Assembly: GCF_963921235.1 (NCBI RefSeq)
Contig: NC_086118.1
Location: 24,058,001 to 24,122,000 of the forward strand
Direction: 5' to 3'
Source: Mobula hypostoma
Taxonomy: Eukaryota
DNA length: 64,000 nucleotides
Positions 10,647 to 23,600 of this stretch are shown here, one piece after another (within the stretch, counting starts at the first letter, position 1; each line of letters begins with the position of its first letter). A model generated the notes under the pieces. The model was not told the origin of the DNA. It did not search any database and saw only the letters and a list, made by a program, of their open reading frames with translations. The translations under genes and the position numbers were made by a program.

Positions 10647-12755
10647 CAACATAATAAAGCATTTCTGTAATGAATTTGTTAAGACAGTTCACATGACAAT
10701 GGATTTTTTTTCTCAATCCATACTCACTGGTATCTGTCACTTGCTCATGAGTAAATTCCATTTCATTCACTGAAAACAATGGTGAACTGTGGCAAATAAG
10801 ATAATTAATTTACTCAAGTTTGAATTCTCAGCTCAGAATACAGAATTGAAAATTTGTGTACAAGGATTAATTGCTAGTGTGATATGTTACCACCATTTGA
10901 ATTTAAGATGCATCCTCACACTGAGGGTTAATTAGCTGCCATCTGAAGTTGATTTATTATGCTTCTAAATTAAAATATTTTGTACCATTCACTGTCTTCT
11001 ACCAATGTGCCCTTTTATCTTATTTCCGATGTTATTAATCACCTTTAATGACTGTGTCTTTAATGCTAATAATCTATTCTACAAAGATATGAAGACATCA
11101 TTTACACTGTAGATAAGAGTTAATTTCTTACACCATGATATGATAAGCAAGTATTGAATCTAATCTATTTTTATTTAGTATGCACTTATTTAACTGGTAA
11201 TATCACTGAATTCAAAGGATTTGTTAATTTCATTTTTGTAACCTGGTATATTATGTAACTTGTACGCAGGAATGGCACAAGTCTTTGGCGAATCATAGGT
11301 GTGGAACTTGGACCAGATCTCAGAACTCATTCTCTTCTCTATAAAACAGACTTGTTTATTTGCATCTGTAATTTACAACCAGCTAACAAAGTCACAGCAA
11401 CGTGCGATATTTAGTTTCAGTTTCCTGAAAGTAAAATTTCATTAGCAGTCACAAAGAAATTGAAAGTAATTTGAAATATCCTCTCAAATAATGACTTAAA
11501 TTTCCTGATGCAGCTGACAGCATATTGAAAATTTCCTCTCATTATTGCTGATGTGAACTGTATCACTTTATATACAAGAAGGTAAAAATGTCAAAGGATT
11601 GGGAGAGTGAGGGTGAGGTACATTTGGCAGTGGTTGGTATAATCCAATTATAATAAAAGCTCAGCCCAGCCAGAGCAGCAATAAATCACTCAACGTGTTA
11701 AGTAGTTTCCAACTACTGGGATCTTGTCAAAATGGTTCCTCCTCAAGAAGAGCTCAGAGATAAGGCTTGGATGTAAGGGCCGAATCATAGCACAAGTGGA
11801 AAATAGCAATTTTAAATATAATACATGTAAATGACCAGTTCTGGCACAATAAGAACAGTAAAGGTCCAGATACCGGGCATTTCTTTAACATGCCACCAGC
11901 TTGACCAACACTTAGCAAAGTCTAAATGAAATATTCCCATGAGTTCCATGCTTCTACCAGCTGCATTTTGCATCCTGATTATTACTGGAAGGACAAAGAC
12001 TATAGCAGGTGACATAAACAGTGTGTGTTCCTTTTGTAACACAACACCTGTGATTGTTTATGAAACCATATGAGAGAAACTAACAGCTAAAACAGCTTGA
12101 ACAATCATTCAATGCGATTGTCAGGGGGAAATTATGTACTGAGAATTTTTCCAGCAGGATAATAGGTGAACTGCAACCACTTTGGTTTCTGAAAAAAATA
12201 CTTGTGGCGGAATTTGCTTTCAGATTCAATATTCTTGGTTGTATGATGCAAATATCTCAAATAGTTCTTAAAGCTGTTGTATTGATATATTGGGTACTGA
12301 GATCAATGGCCTGCTGTACCTTGCTTGTATGTTCACACAGCAAGTTTTCCTTTCACCTTACATTGCATTGGAAACTAATTTGCACGAAGATTAAAACCCC
12401 TCGTGTTTCAGGGCATCATTTTCCTTCTTTATGAATGTCAGGAGGATTTTCCTGAATCTACTTGAGATGATGCAAGCCAACTCTAGAAGCAAATGCTAAA
12501 GGAAGATGGATAGCAACAAATTTGGACATGTGGAGTGAAAATACTTCCAATTTTCCAATGAACTTTGAATACTGAGTTGATCTGAGCTCCTAATAAGAGT
12601 CCGATTTTTTCTGGCTAACTTTGGAAGAGATTGATTGATTTAAGTAGGTAAGAAGATGGTGATGAAATCCCAAAGTTATTCTAAAGTTCTTGTGAAGGAA
12701 ACTGGTATCTTGGAAGTAAATTCACAATGAAAAGAGTTATCTCAGAGATAAAAAT

Positions 12756-13450
12756 TCAGAATCAGAATCAGGTTTATTATCGCCGGCATGTGATGTGAAA
12801 TTTGCAGCAGCAGTTCAATGCAATGTATAATCTAACAGAGAGTGAGAGAGAAAAACTAATAATAAATAAAATAAAACATAATAATAAATAAACAAGTAAA
12901 TCAATTACATGTATTGAATAGATTTTTTTTAAATGTGCAAAAACAGAAATACTGTATATTGAAAAAAAGTGAGGTAGTGTCCAAAGCTTCAATGTCCATT
13001 TAGGAATCGGATAGCAGAGGGGAAGAAGCTGTTCCTGAATCGCTGAGTGTGGGCCTTCAGGCTTCTGTATCTCCTACATGATGGTAACAGTGAGAAAAGG
13101 GCATGCCCTTGGTGCTGGAGGTCCTTCATAATGAACGCTGCCTTTCTGAGACACCGGTCCCTAAAGATGTCCTGTGTACTTTGTAGGCTAGTACCCAAGA
13201 TGGAGCTGACTAGATTTACCACCTTCTGCAGCTTCTTTCGGTCCTGTGAAGTAGCCCCTCCCTACCAGACAGTGATGCAGCCTGTCAGAATGTTCTCCAC
13301 AGTACAACTATAGAAGTTTTTGAGTGTATTTGTTGACATATCGAAGCTCTTCAAACTCCTAATAAAATATAGTTGGTGTCTTGCCTTCTTTATGATTACA
13401 TCGATATGTTGGGACCACGTTAGATCCTCAGAGACCTTAACACCGAGATC
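12756..13450 (-). mobile_element. Rex1/Babar-type LINE 3' end
   Basis: LGVKVSEDLTWSQH..KKARHQLYFIRSL..FYSCTVENILTGCITVW; LLPSCRRYRSLKAHTQRFRNSFFP; (TTCTGA)n tail. Confidence 0.9.
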
Positions 13451-13454
13451 TTGA

Positions 13455-14272
13455 CAAAGTACATTTATTATCAAAATATATATACAAGAATACAACTCTG
13501 AGATATGTCCTCTTGCAGGCAGCCGCAGAACAAAGAAACACCATGGAACCTGTTCAAAGAAAACATCAAACACATGATAAAAGAACAGATTGCACAAAGG
13601 GCAAAAAGCAAGCAAACAGCACATAGAATGTCAAATGTCAAATCAGGAGTCCAGGAATATTCAGTTTAGTTCATATCGGTTCAATTCATCGCCGTGCTGT
13701 TTGCGAATATCAGGCTACAGAGCCAGTCTTCACCTAAGTGCCCCAGTCGAATTGCATAAAATCAGCAAGAAAAAGTAACCAGATTCCAGAAACATATGCA
13801 ACATGAACCAAAAAGTCCCCCAAAATGGTTCCACAGCCTCGCCAATCAAAACATGCAACATGGAATCCAAGGCTCTTGCACTTTCTTCCGACAGCAGCTG
13901 ATCAGAGGGAGAGGAAGTCTGGTCAAACGCAGGTAGGTGACACTGAACACCCACCTTCCCTCCTTTCTCTTCCTCAGCCTTGTTCAATGCCTCAAAGAGA
14001 AGAAATGGAGTGGATCATGAGCTTGCCTCCAGTCCTCCAGGCCGCACCCTCCACTCCCAAACTCACTGAACTCCCTTGGAGACGGCAAAGTGCAAGATCA
14101 CTCCACTGGCCCAAAAGCACACTGTCAAAATGTAAATCACAGGCTCCAATTGCTCACAGCTTAGTAGCAGAATCATATTTGGAAGAAGTAAATGAAGTAA
14201 ATAAGTTATTTTTTTAACTGCCTGCGGGACGTCACCCTTGGTCACGTTGGTTGCTGATGCCATCTTGTATTC
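13455..14272 (-). mobile_element. Non-coding, probably non-autonomous, retroelement with a Rex1-type 3' tail
   Basis: 3' end on the minus strand (atctcagagttgtattc...tttgataataaatgtactttg) resembles the Rex-type tail at 23530-23597; 5' end begins caagatggc; no RT coding in between. Confidence 0.6.
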
Positions 14273-14454
14273 TTGAATGTCAAGTGTATTTTCACAACCA
14301 CAGTCTATCAAAGAAATCTGGGTCATTGAATATCAAGTTACCAGTGAAGAGAGAATATACATGCTGCATGCGTAGCACCTGTTGCAAACTTATGTGCTTT
14401 GGACAATTGCAGAAATTGACTTTACTACAACTTAATCACTATATCATCATGAGT

Positions 14455-15005
14455 TATAGATAATAGACAATAGATGCAGTAGTAGGCCATTGGACTCTTC
14501 AACCAGCACTGCCATTCACTGTGATCATGGCTGATCATCCACAATCAGTACCCTGTTCCTGCTTTCTCCCCATATCGCTTGACTCCATTATCTTTAAGAG
14601 CTCTATCAAACTCTTTCTTGAAAGCATCCAGAGAATTGGCCTCCACTGCCTTCTGGGGCAGAGCATTCCACTGATCCACAACTCTCTGGGTGAAAAAGTT
14701 TTTCCTCAACTCCGTTCTAAATTGCCTACCCCTTATTCTTAAACTGTGGCCTTTGGTTCTGGACTCCCCCAACATCAGGAACATGTTTCCTGCCTCTAGC
14801 GTGTCCAATCCCTTAATAATCTTACATATTTCAATCATATCCCTTCTGATCCTTCTAAATTCCAGTGTATACAAGCCCAGTCGCTCCAATCTTTCAACAT
14901 ATGACAGCACTGCCATCCCGGGAATTAACCTCGTGAACCTATGCTGCACTCCCTCAATAACAAGAATGTCCTTCCTCAAATTTGGAGACCAAAACAGCAC
15001 ACAAT
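14455..15005 (-). mobile_element. CR1 LINE 3' end
   Basis: FWSPNLRKDILVIEGVQHRFTRLIPGM...FRTELRKNFFTQRVV plus CR1 3' UTR. Confidence 0.95.
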
Positions 15006-16149
15006 TACCTATTCAATCTTCTCCAACTTCAGGCACGACAATTTCAGTATTAAATTTCATTCTCTACTGCAATCTGTCCTGCATCATTCAACGTTAGCTC
15101 TGTGTATGTAGATTGCCCAGAACAAAAATCTCAAAAATACGCCTTTATAAATTATTATATTTTTAAAGTAATTAAACATCTGTGGCAATTTAGAAAACAA
15201 TTGGGAAAGTCATGCTGAATTCAAACAAAGCTTTGGAGCGAAAATTTCTTCCTGTCAAGATTCAAAACAAAGAACCTTATTCTGCATCTTTGAACTTTAC
15301 TGGTGAGATTCACTGAAACTCCCAACATGTTGTGAGTCGTTTGATCACAGAGTTAGAAAATGTTCCATGGATCTCACTTCAGAGTGGAGCTTGTAATCTG
15401 ATTTTCTGTTTACACAATATCTCACCTTCGAATCCTTGACAAGTGCCACTTTATTGTTAGGATGACACCAAGACAAATGCCAGAGTTTCTTCTTCTTGTA
15501 GGTGGTACATTCTGGCCAGCAAAGGCTGAGTTGTAGTGTTTGATGTCAATGTACTGCTTTTGTTGCTTTGTGTTTCCTTGATGTGTGATTGACAGCAGTG
15601 TACGTTTACCAAGATGTTTTCAGCAGTCAACTACCACACCATAAATCAGAGCTCTAAATGTAGATGGAGTGCAATATCTTTATGGCAAATCAATTGAACA
15701 CAACATTTACTGCCACAACAAGACCATATTAATCATTAACTTGTGTTCGCAAATACCTTCCTCCATGTCCCTCTGCAAAGCTCTAATACCAACCATCTGC
15801 AAGAAAAATCTGTGTTTCCTTCAAGAACAGTGAAATTCCACATACATACTATTTATTATTCATTTGTAGTGATTTACAGATGTGGTAAAAAGTTTAAATG
15901 CAAAAACCTATTTTAATTTTTTGTAGATCATCTCTCAGCTTCCTTTAGACTAGAAAGCTGTTCGGCTGACAATTTGAGGAGGAATAAATAGGGGAAAAAC
16001 TCAATATGACCTCTTTCAAATGATATTTGACAATTTTTATTGGCTTTCAGACAAATGTATTAGTCAAAGGCAAACACGTTTACCTTTGGAGCAACTGTCT
16101 TGTTTAGAAACTGGATTTCACCTGTTTTTGGTTGACATGGTTGTACTTA

Positions 16150-16640
16150 CCATGTTATCCAAACTGAGACCCAAGAAAGTCAGAAAACACATTTTAATCA
16201 GCGTGGGGCGAACAATACACAGAAAAAAAGTCTTCAGAGGAAAGGGAGAACACTCTACTGTTTGCATAGATGAACATCATCCTGTACTGAATGCCAACAA
16301 AGCCACCTTTGTGAAGAGTTGAAGGGTGTTGAGCAAGAATGTTGAAAAAATCCCAAAGAATATCAGAATTTCCTGACAGAAGATTTGACCACATGAACCC
16401 TTTCTAGAACACGAACACATGACTTGTGTACAGCCTGTACATATGATCGAGCATTTGGAAGACAAGCATGAAGGATTTGCTGGCTGCTGTGAGGCAGTAG
16501 GCATCTTCTATCCTGTAGAGACTAGGATTGTGACCACATTTCTGACTTGGAAACTGTTTGGGTTACAAAGAGGCCGCAGAAATGGAATGCTGGCCTAACA
16601 AGGGAAGGACCTGCAGTATCCTGCAGGATTGAGGATTTTG
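16150..16640 (+). mobile_element. Highly decayed RTE-like remnant
   Basis: atcagaatttcctgacagaag...cctttctagaa loosely resembles the RTE C-terminal 'ISWQD...EVLE' region. Confidence 0.3.
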
Positions 16641-16899
16641 AACAAAATGTTGCCATTTCAGAAGATGTATGAAGGTGAGCTGAGCATCAGTAGACATCCT
16701 GCTTTCTTACACTGATGTACACAAAATGTACATCCTTGTTCAGCAGTCCACTTGAATTGGGGATCATTTGTTCCAATCCAGTGTGTGGTTCTAAAGTAGC
16801 TGGTGAAGTTAATGTGGCAACTCCAGACTCGCTGGAAAGGAGATCTCTGACTGAGCAGTTTCTGAGGTGGTGCTCTTTCGTTGCTCATGTAGGGGTTAT

Positions 16900-18100
16900 C
16901 TGTATTATTAATTAATTCATTAAAGCACTACCCTGAATTTGCCTTCCCTTCTTTGAGTGGCCATGTGCCAGAGATGCCTAGGATACAGTAGGGATGTGGC
17001 ATGTCCTTAAGGAGGCTTTCAGCATATTCTTGAATTGTATCTTCAATCCATCTGGCAATTTCTTACTGTCTCACAGTATCTGTTTCAGGAGTCCAGTGTT
17101 GGGCAAATGAATGACATATCTGTCCAACTTAGATGAATGTGGGAGTGTTGTTGAGTGAGAGAACATTGATTTTGGTTTGCCTACCTTTCCAATGAAGCAA
17201 GACAATATTGCTGAGATAAATTTTCCAATACATTGGTGTGTCTGCTGTAGGCTATCAGGTCTCAGAACGATACATTTCTCTCTAATTGACCAAAATCTGG
17301 GTCAGTGTATTGAAAGTGGTGACAAATCCCATTATCAATGTCTCCTTTTACTGAGAATTGGTTCCTGAAAAATGGGAATTAGAGCTTGTTTTCCAGTCCT
17401 TATCATGACATCTATTATTGGGGAATTGGGTGATACAGCAATGAGCAAGGTGGGAAAAGAACATTGCCCCATGGATGTTGAACATAAGGCCCATTCTTTA
17501 AGTCAATGAAAGCTTCCAGCTTGGCATGAACAAATGTAAGCATTATCTGCAGACAGCAGCTCAATGTCTGAGGTGCAGGTAACTTTGGTTCTGGAATTTA
17601 GTTGCTGTTTAGTTAACGTTTCTCAATAGCTTGGAAGATTTCCAATTCCATAGGAAGTATGTTAGAGGTAGGGTGCAATTCTATCGCAAAAAGTCCTGGG
17701 GAAATGTCACAACTTTGTCTGACACGAGTCTTCACTGTTATTCTGTTGTTGCCCATTGGTTGCATGCCAATATGATGCAAACTAAATTGAGATAGTTTCG
17801 GTGGATCATTGAAAAAGGCCATGTGTTGTGATTGATGCTGCTCTGTGCACTTCTCTTCAAGTTGTTTTGCAGGGAAGTTCATACCTACCGAGCTTCAAGA
17901 TGGACAGAAGTCACCCTGTGATTCAGCAAATAGCTCTTCAGCCACTGTGAGGAGAGGGAATTGTCTCTTTGTGATTGTCTTTTAATGCTGGGTAGCTTTT
18001 GCATTGCAGCTACTGTATCTTGTTGGTTTGACAGAGCAAGGTCTTGATCCAGTGGTAAAGAGAAACCAAAATAACTAGAGCTCAACTTCTGGGACATGGT
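16900..18100 (-). mobile_element. Old RTE LINE remnant (RT region)
   Basis: ORF 17613-17882 contains ITVKTRVRQSCDISPGLFAI, a decayed form of the RTE RT motif VKTGVRQGCV.SP.LF.I. Confidence 0.6.
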
Positions 18101-18572
18101 TTGAAAGCTTGCACTATTTTACCTCAGCCTATTTAAGTGTGCATACAAGACCATAAATGTACATATATCGAGTGGCACCTATACATGTTCTCGCTCCACA
18201 GCCCACAGGCCCAAAACACCCCATTCTTCAAAACTCTAATCCCTCTCCTTCACATTGCCATTGACATTTTAGTTAACTGCCCCTGTACCCCGTCCCCCTC
18301 CATGTAAGAGATGGCACTGACTTCAGAGCAAAACTGCCTTGACATTATAGAGGCCATTCCACAAGCCTTCGCAAAGATTGTCTTCTACAGGAAAATGCTT
18401 TGCCTAGATTTTCTCATCAAATCGATTTGTACACCAAATAATCTAGCGTCACTTAATCTGGAAAGTCTTTCTGTCAGTGTTTGTAACCTGTCCACATTCC
18501 AATTTCCTAATTCCTTACTCTTGATAACTGCCTTGTTGAAGGCATCAGCACAGCTGAATTTTAGGCAATAAC

Positions 18573-18783
18573 TGTAATGTATGGATCTATTTCTTTTAGA
18601 ACAGCGACACTCCCCACCCCCCCCACCCCAGCACTACATATTGATCCGTAGTCTGCGCATACACTGTTGTCTACATATGTGCACTGTTTACTCTTTCTCT
18701 CTCTCTCACTGAAATGAGTTAAAGCCATCTCCCATGTGTGGTGCTTTTATTTAATCAATATGTAGTTTTGCACAGACACAACA
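18573..18783 (+). mobile_element. Candidate solo LTR (Gypsy-like)
   Basis: TGTAATGT...ACACAACA termini (imperfect inverted repeat, TG..CA), flanked by ataac (18568-18572) and gtaac (18784-18788). Confidence 0.55.
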
Positions 18784-19059
18784 GTAACATACATAAGTTG
18801 CGCAGAACTGTGGGGCCAGTTCTGTACACCTCACTCTTCTTCATCGAGTAAAAGTTCTTAATGTCATGGGTTCACATGAATGCACTGGAGCTAAATTGTT
18901 GCTCATTTAGACACTCAGAAGTATTTTCCCTTAAGAATTATCGACTCAATGCAGAAGACCACATTACAAGAAAATATAGGGCCTTGTGCTCTAGGCGCAA
19001 ACTTTACTTGTAATTATAATTGTGTATCATGCCCTCCCAAAGTTGAAGCTATGCAAGAC

Positions 19060-19497
19060 AGAAATACAAGAGACTGCAGAATCACTGATCCCTCTAAACT
19101 GTGTGGGTGCACAGCCACGTAGGCACTGAAATGCTTCCACCCATGTAGCCTTTGTTGCCACGCCGCACAAGCTAGAATCTTCTTTTACATAATGTTTTAT
19201 TAAAGTGCTGTGTGGTTTTCAGGCCATGTAAAAATTTCTTGCTTAGAGCAATGGTTGGTCCATGCAGCCGTAGAAATAAATTATTCGGAACATTGCTGCA
19301 GATGCTGGAATCTGGAACAACACAAAAATATTGGAGGAACTCAACAGATCAAGCAGCATCTATTGAGAGAAATGGACAGTGTTTATTTTTGGTTATCTGG
19401 ACAGATGAACAGTCTCAACTCAAAGTGAAAAATGTCCATTTCTCTCCATAGATGCTGCCTGACCTGCTTAGTTCCTCCAGAGACTTGTGTGTTGCTT
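19060..19497. mobile_element. Two Penelope pseudo-LTR fragments in inverted orientation
   Basis: Minus copy 19060-19385 (gaggaactcaacagatcaagcagcatctattgagagaaatggaca) and plus copy 19397-19497 (tgtccatttctctccatagatgctgcctgacctgcttagttcctcc) are reverse complements. Confidence 0.75.
19083..19295. mobile_element. hAT-type MITE
   Basis: Imperfect TIRs cactgatccctctaa...ttattcggaacattg; ~8-bp TSD ctgcagaat / ctgcagat; it interrupts a Penelope pseudo-LTR fragment (acaagagactgcaga|tgctggaatc). Confidence 0.65.
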
Positions 19498-20034
19498 AAA
19501 GATGAGTAGATTGTCTCCATTTCAATGAGTTTCATTTAAGTCATGAGGCCACTGACTGCCTCCTCTGCTCAGCTGAAAGAGGAAGCCATGGATGCTGGGT
19601 CAGAATATCAATTTGTAAACTGATTTATTCTTCCTGTTTCTCTTGACTTTCTGCTCTCCAAGCTCAATTTTTGGGATCATTGGCCCTCTTCACATAAGTC
19701 TAATCTTTGATTGACAACATTTTGGAGCAGAAGCACGTGGCAGTGTCTACACATCAGACTGGAAAACAACAAAACCTCATCTACAAGGGATCAATGGTGT
19801 CTTTCATTGTGTTTCTTCTCCTTCTGTTATCAGTTACTTAGTTACCGAGCTGGGGCATCAACGGGTATGGTGCCCCCAAGGATCCATTCTTTCTAAACTA
19901 TGAAAATATTGCTCAAAAATCTAGAACTAACCTTAAAGTTGCTGTAAACATTCTTATTTATATTTTGCCATAAGAAGGCAGAATGCTGTTTGATTCAGGT
20001 AACAAAAATAGTGAGAAGGACATACTACTAGCAT

Positions 20035-20580
20035 GTAAATTAAGTGGAGAGAGTGAGCAATTTCAAGTTACTGGTTTTCAATATCTCTGAGGATCTAACC
20101 TGCTCCCAACATACTGTTGCATTTATAAAGAAGGCAAGACAGCCACTGTATTTCATTGAGAGGATTTGGTTCGTCATCTAAAACACTCTAAAACTTCTAC
20201 AGATGCTCCATGGAGAGCATTCTGAGTGGCTTCATCACTGTCTGGTATGGAGGGGGTTTCTCCACAGTATCAAAAGAAGCTACAGAAATTTGTAAAATTA
20301 GTCAGCTCCATCACGGGTAATAGCCTCTGTGGTATCCAAGCCATCTACAAGGAGCGGTGCCCTGGAAAGCTGGCATCTTTATTAAGTACTCCCATCAACC
20401 AGGAGTATTACTTCACTTTTTTATTTCTGCATTACTATTCTCAATTTAACTATTTAATATGTATATATATACCTACTGTAATTCATTTTTTTTTCTATAT
20501 TCATCATGTATTGCATTGCACTGTTGCCACTAAGTTAACAAATTGCACGACATAAGCCGATGATATTAAACCTGATTCTG
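20035..20580 (+). mobile_element. Rex1/Babar-type LINE 3' end
   Basis: Homologous to 12756-13450 (tctgaggatctaacctg, aaacttctacagatg, tail gatattaaacctgattctg). Confidence 0.8.
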
Positions 20581-21737
20581 GTACTGTGGCACAGCAACTT
20601 CCATAAAGGTTAGTATCCTTTCAAAGAAAAGGAGGATATGCGGGGAGAATAAATAGCATTTTGCAGCTTGAATCTAAGTACTTCCAGTCCTTTACCAAAA
20701 TATTCAAAATAATTACCAATCCCTATAAATATTTAGGTTGGAACTTGCTTAGTTTTTTTCCCCCCCAGATAGCCGGGCTGGAAATGATACACACACATTC
20801 ACAAGACTTCCGTGCTCCCTGACACACAGTCAACACAAGTTAGATACCAAGTTAGATAAATGTAAATAGTTGCGCCATAAAACTTAATGACTCAAGGATT
20901 CCAGCAGATAAAAAACACATTAAGTACTAAAATTGAACTAAACTTGGAATTTCCTTGTAGATCCTGTTTAAGAAATCCTTTTCATCCATGTAATAAAATT
21001 CTGCCTTTCAGAATGTCCAAGGAGTTTTCTTTTCCCTCACTGACAGCCTGAACTGAATAAATCTGTATCTTTCAGGGGCAGAGGAGTTACAAAGCCTTTT
21101 ACTTCGTTGTTCCTGGGAAAGAAAGATTTAAATGTTCATAATTACAAACAATATCATTAATATTTCAGCCAACATAATACTGCTGTTGAACAGCACTTCT
21201 CTTTCCCCTAGCTATGAACCTCAGTTCATGAGTTATGTTAAGGTTCAGAATGCATTAGAAAAGAAAAGTCTTATCCAAACTTTTAAGTTTTCCTCTGATC
21301 TTTAAACAGTTTGCTCAAAAGGTTATCTTGCACTGAGATTCACTTTAAAAATGTCATCTAGTAAATGGGAACAAGGTTTAGTCATTGCAAATGGCCAAAC
21401 TGGAATGATGCTGAGTTCTTCCTTTTCTGTCTCACTTTTGGGCACAAGAGTCTTCACCTCTGAAAGCAAACTCCTTCCCTTGTCTCCAAAATTCTCGATT
21501 CACCTGGATCACCCACAATATTATCATCTAATCTCTTTACAAGTGCATTGCTGTTGTTCTTTTGCAAACAGACCTCTGCCTTGCAGCGAATATCATCAAT
21601 ATGACACTTTGTCATAGTTTCCATCGGACATGATCTTAGCACATCAGTTGATTGTGTGACAATCAATAACCTATACTGGAGATATTCCCTTTGCAGTCTT
21701 TACTCTCAAAATTCTGACAGCTTGCTTCTACCTCTTC

Positions 21738-22000
21738 CTTAGCACTGTGGTTAGCAAAACACTTTACAGTACAGATGACCAGGGTTACAGGCCACTGCCT
21801 GTAAGGAGTTTGTATGTTTTCCTCGTGACTGCATGGGTTTCTTCTGAGTGGTCTGCTTTCCTTCCACAGTCCAAAGACATACCGGTTGGTAGGTTAAATT
21901 AGTTATTGTAAATTGTACCGTGATAAGGGTTGGATTAAATTGGGAGATTACTGGGCAGCTTGGCTTGAGGAGCTTATTCTGTATCTCAATAAATAAATAA
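21738..22000 (+). mobile_element. tRNA-derived V-SINE
   Basis: tRNA-like head (tggttagc), V-domain gtaaggagtttgtatgttttcctcgtgactgcatgggtt...ccacagtccaaagac, and (AAAT)n tail. Confidence 0.85.
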
Positions 22001-22079
22001 ATACGCAATTAAAAGCTACTTCAGCAGGTACATGGAGAGAAAAGGGTTAAGTGGGAAATAGGCCAAATGTGGGCACACC

Positions 22080-22410
22080 GAAGTTCCTAATGCAGCAACT
22101 TCCAGACCCATGACCACTACCATCTAGAAGGACGAGAACAGCAGATACCTGGGAACACAACCACTTGGAAATCTCCCTCCAAGTCATTCACCATCCTGAC
22201 CTGGAAACATATCGCTGTTCCTTCATTGTCACTGGCTCCAAATCATGGAGTTCCCTCCCTAACAGCACTGTGGGTGTACCTACAACTCAGGAACCGCAGC
22301 AGTTTAAGAAGGCAGCTCATCACCACCTTCTCAAGGGCAACTAGGGATAGGCAATAAATGCCGGCTTAGCTGGCAATGCCCACAACGGGTAAGTGAATAA
22401 ATTTAAAAAA
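22080..22410 (+). mobile_element. LINE 3' end (L2/CR1-group) nested in a short CR1 3' end (22020-22495)
   Basis: tggagttccctccctaacagcactgtgggt...gtttaagaaggcagctcatcaccaccttctcaagggcaa...aataaatg is a typical LINE ORF2 end plus UTR; the flanks join into a CR1-type 3' UTR. Confidence 0.65.
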
Positions 22411-22724
22411 ACTTGTTTAGATGAGAATTTTGATTGGCATGGACCAGTTAGGCCAAAAAGCCTGTTTCCATGCCGTGTGAAACTATAACTCAATTTCTTT
22501 TCCCTTTGCCCTACCTTTCCCCTTTTATATCTATACCAGCCTTGCGGCTTTCACTGATTTCACTGCTTTCAGATCCCTGGTCCCAGCCGGCTCATTTTGA
22601 TCAGATACATTTGATCCTGCTACATTTTCATCCACACTCCTGGATGGCTGAAGGCTCATTCCTTCCTGAACTACTTCTTACATTGCTCACCTGCTCCTTC
22701 ATCTCTTCTACATGAAATGAAAGG

Positions 22725-23600
22725 CTGTATCAAAGTTGGCAATGAATCAGCCAGCATATAGGCGGGAGACTGAAAACTTGGCTCTCACTCCGTGTTAATA
22801 AGGCCAAGGAACTGATTGTGGACTGCAGGAGAGGGAAACCAGAGGTTCTTGAGCCAGTAATCATTGGAGAAAAGGGTGAGTAACTTTAAACTCCTGGGTG
22901 TCACTATCTCAGATGTTCTATCCGGGACCCGTCATATAAATATTATTGCGAAGAAAGCACGGCAGCGCCTGTACTTCCTCAGGAGTCTGCGGAGGTTTAG
23001 CATGTCATCAAAAACCTTGGCAACCTTCGATAGTTGTGTGGTGGAAAGTGTGCTGCCTGGCTGCATTATGGACTGGTATGGGAACATCAATGCTTCTGAG
23101 TGGAAAATCCTACAAAAGGTAGTGGATTCAGCCCAGTACATCATGGGTAAAACCCTCCCAACCATTGAGCACATCTACATGAAACACTGCTGTAGAAAAG
23201 CAGGATACATTATCAAAGATCCTCACGTCCCTGGCCATGCTCTTTTCTCACTGCTGCCATCAGGTAGAAGGTACAAGTACCTCAGGACTCACACCACCAG
23301 CTTCAAAAACAATTACTACTCCTTAACCTTCAGGCTCTTGAACAAGGCTCATTCTAATTCTGGTGTTCCCATAGGTGATGATCTCATTTTAAGGACTCTA
23401 CATCTTGTTATTTCATGCTCATTATTTATTGCTATTTATTTGTATTTGCATTTGCACAGTTTGTTGTTCATTGATCCTGTTTACAGTGACTGTTCTATAG
23501 ATTTGCTAAGTATGCTCGCACAGAAAGAATCTCAGAGTTGAATTTGGTGACATGTATGTACTCTGATAATAAATTTTACTTTGAACTTTGACCTTTGAGT
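22725..23600 (+). mobile_element. Rex1/Babar-type LINE 3' end
   Basis: ORF 22864-23541: FKLLGVTISD..KKARQRLYFLRSLRRF..VESVLPGCIMDWYGN..LLPSGRRY; tail aataaattttactttgaactttga. Confidence 0.9.

Noticed and set aside
11939..12073. Signal-peptide-like frame MSSMLLPAAFCILIITG... with a possible donor CAG|gtgac
   Set aside because: Weak donor, no downstream exon found, no recognisable family.
20846..20868. Short tandem duplications (caagttagata x2 here; attaatatttccaa x2 near 54911; aattgaagaaatt x2 near 62061)
   Set aside because: Ordinary slippage or repair micro-duplications.
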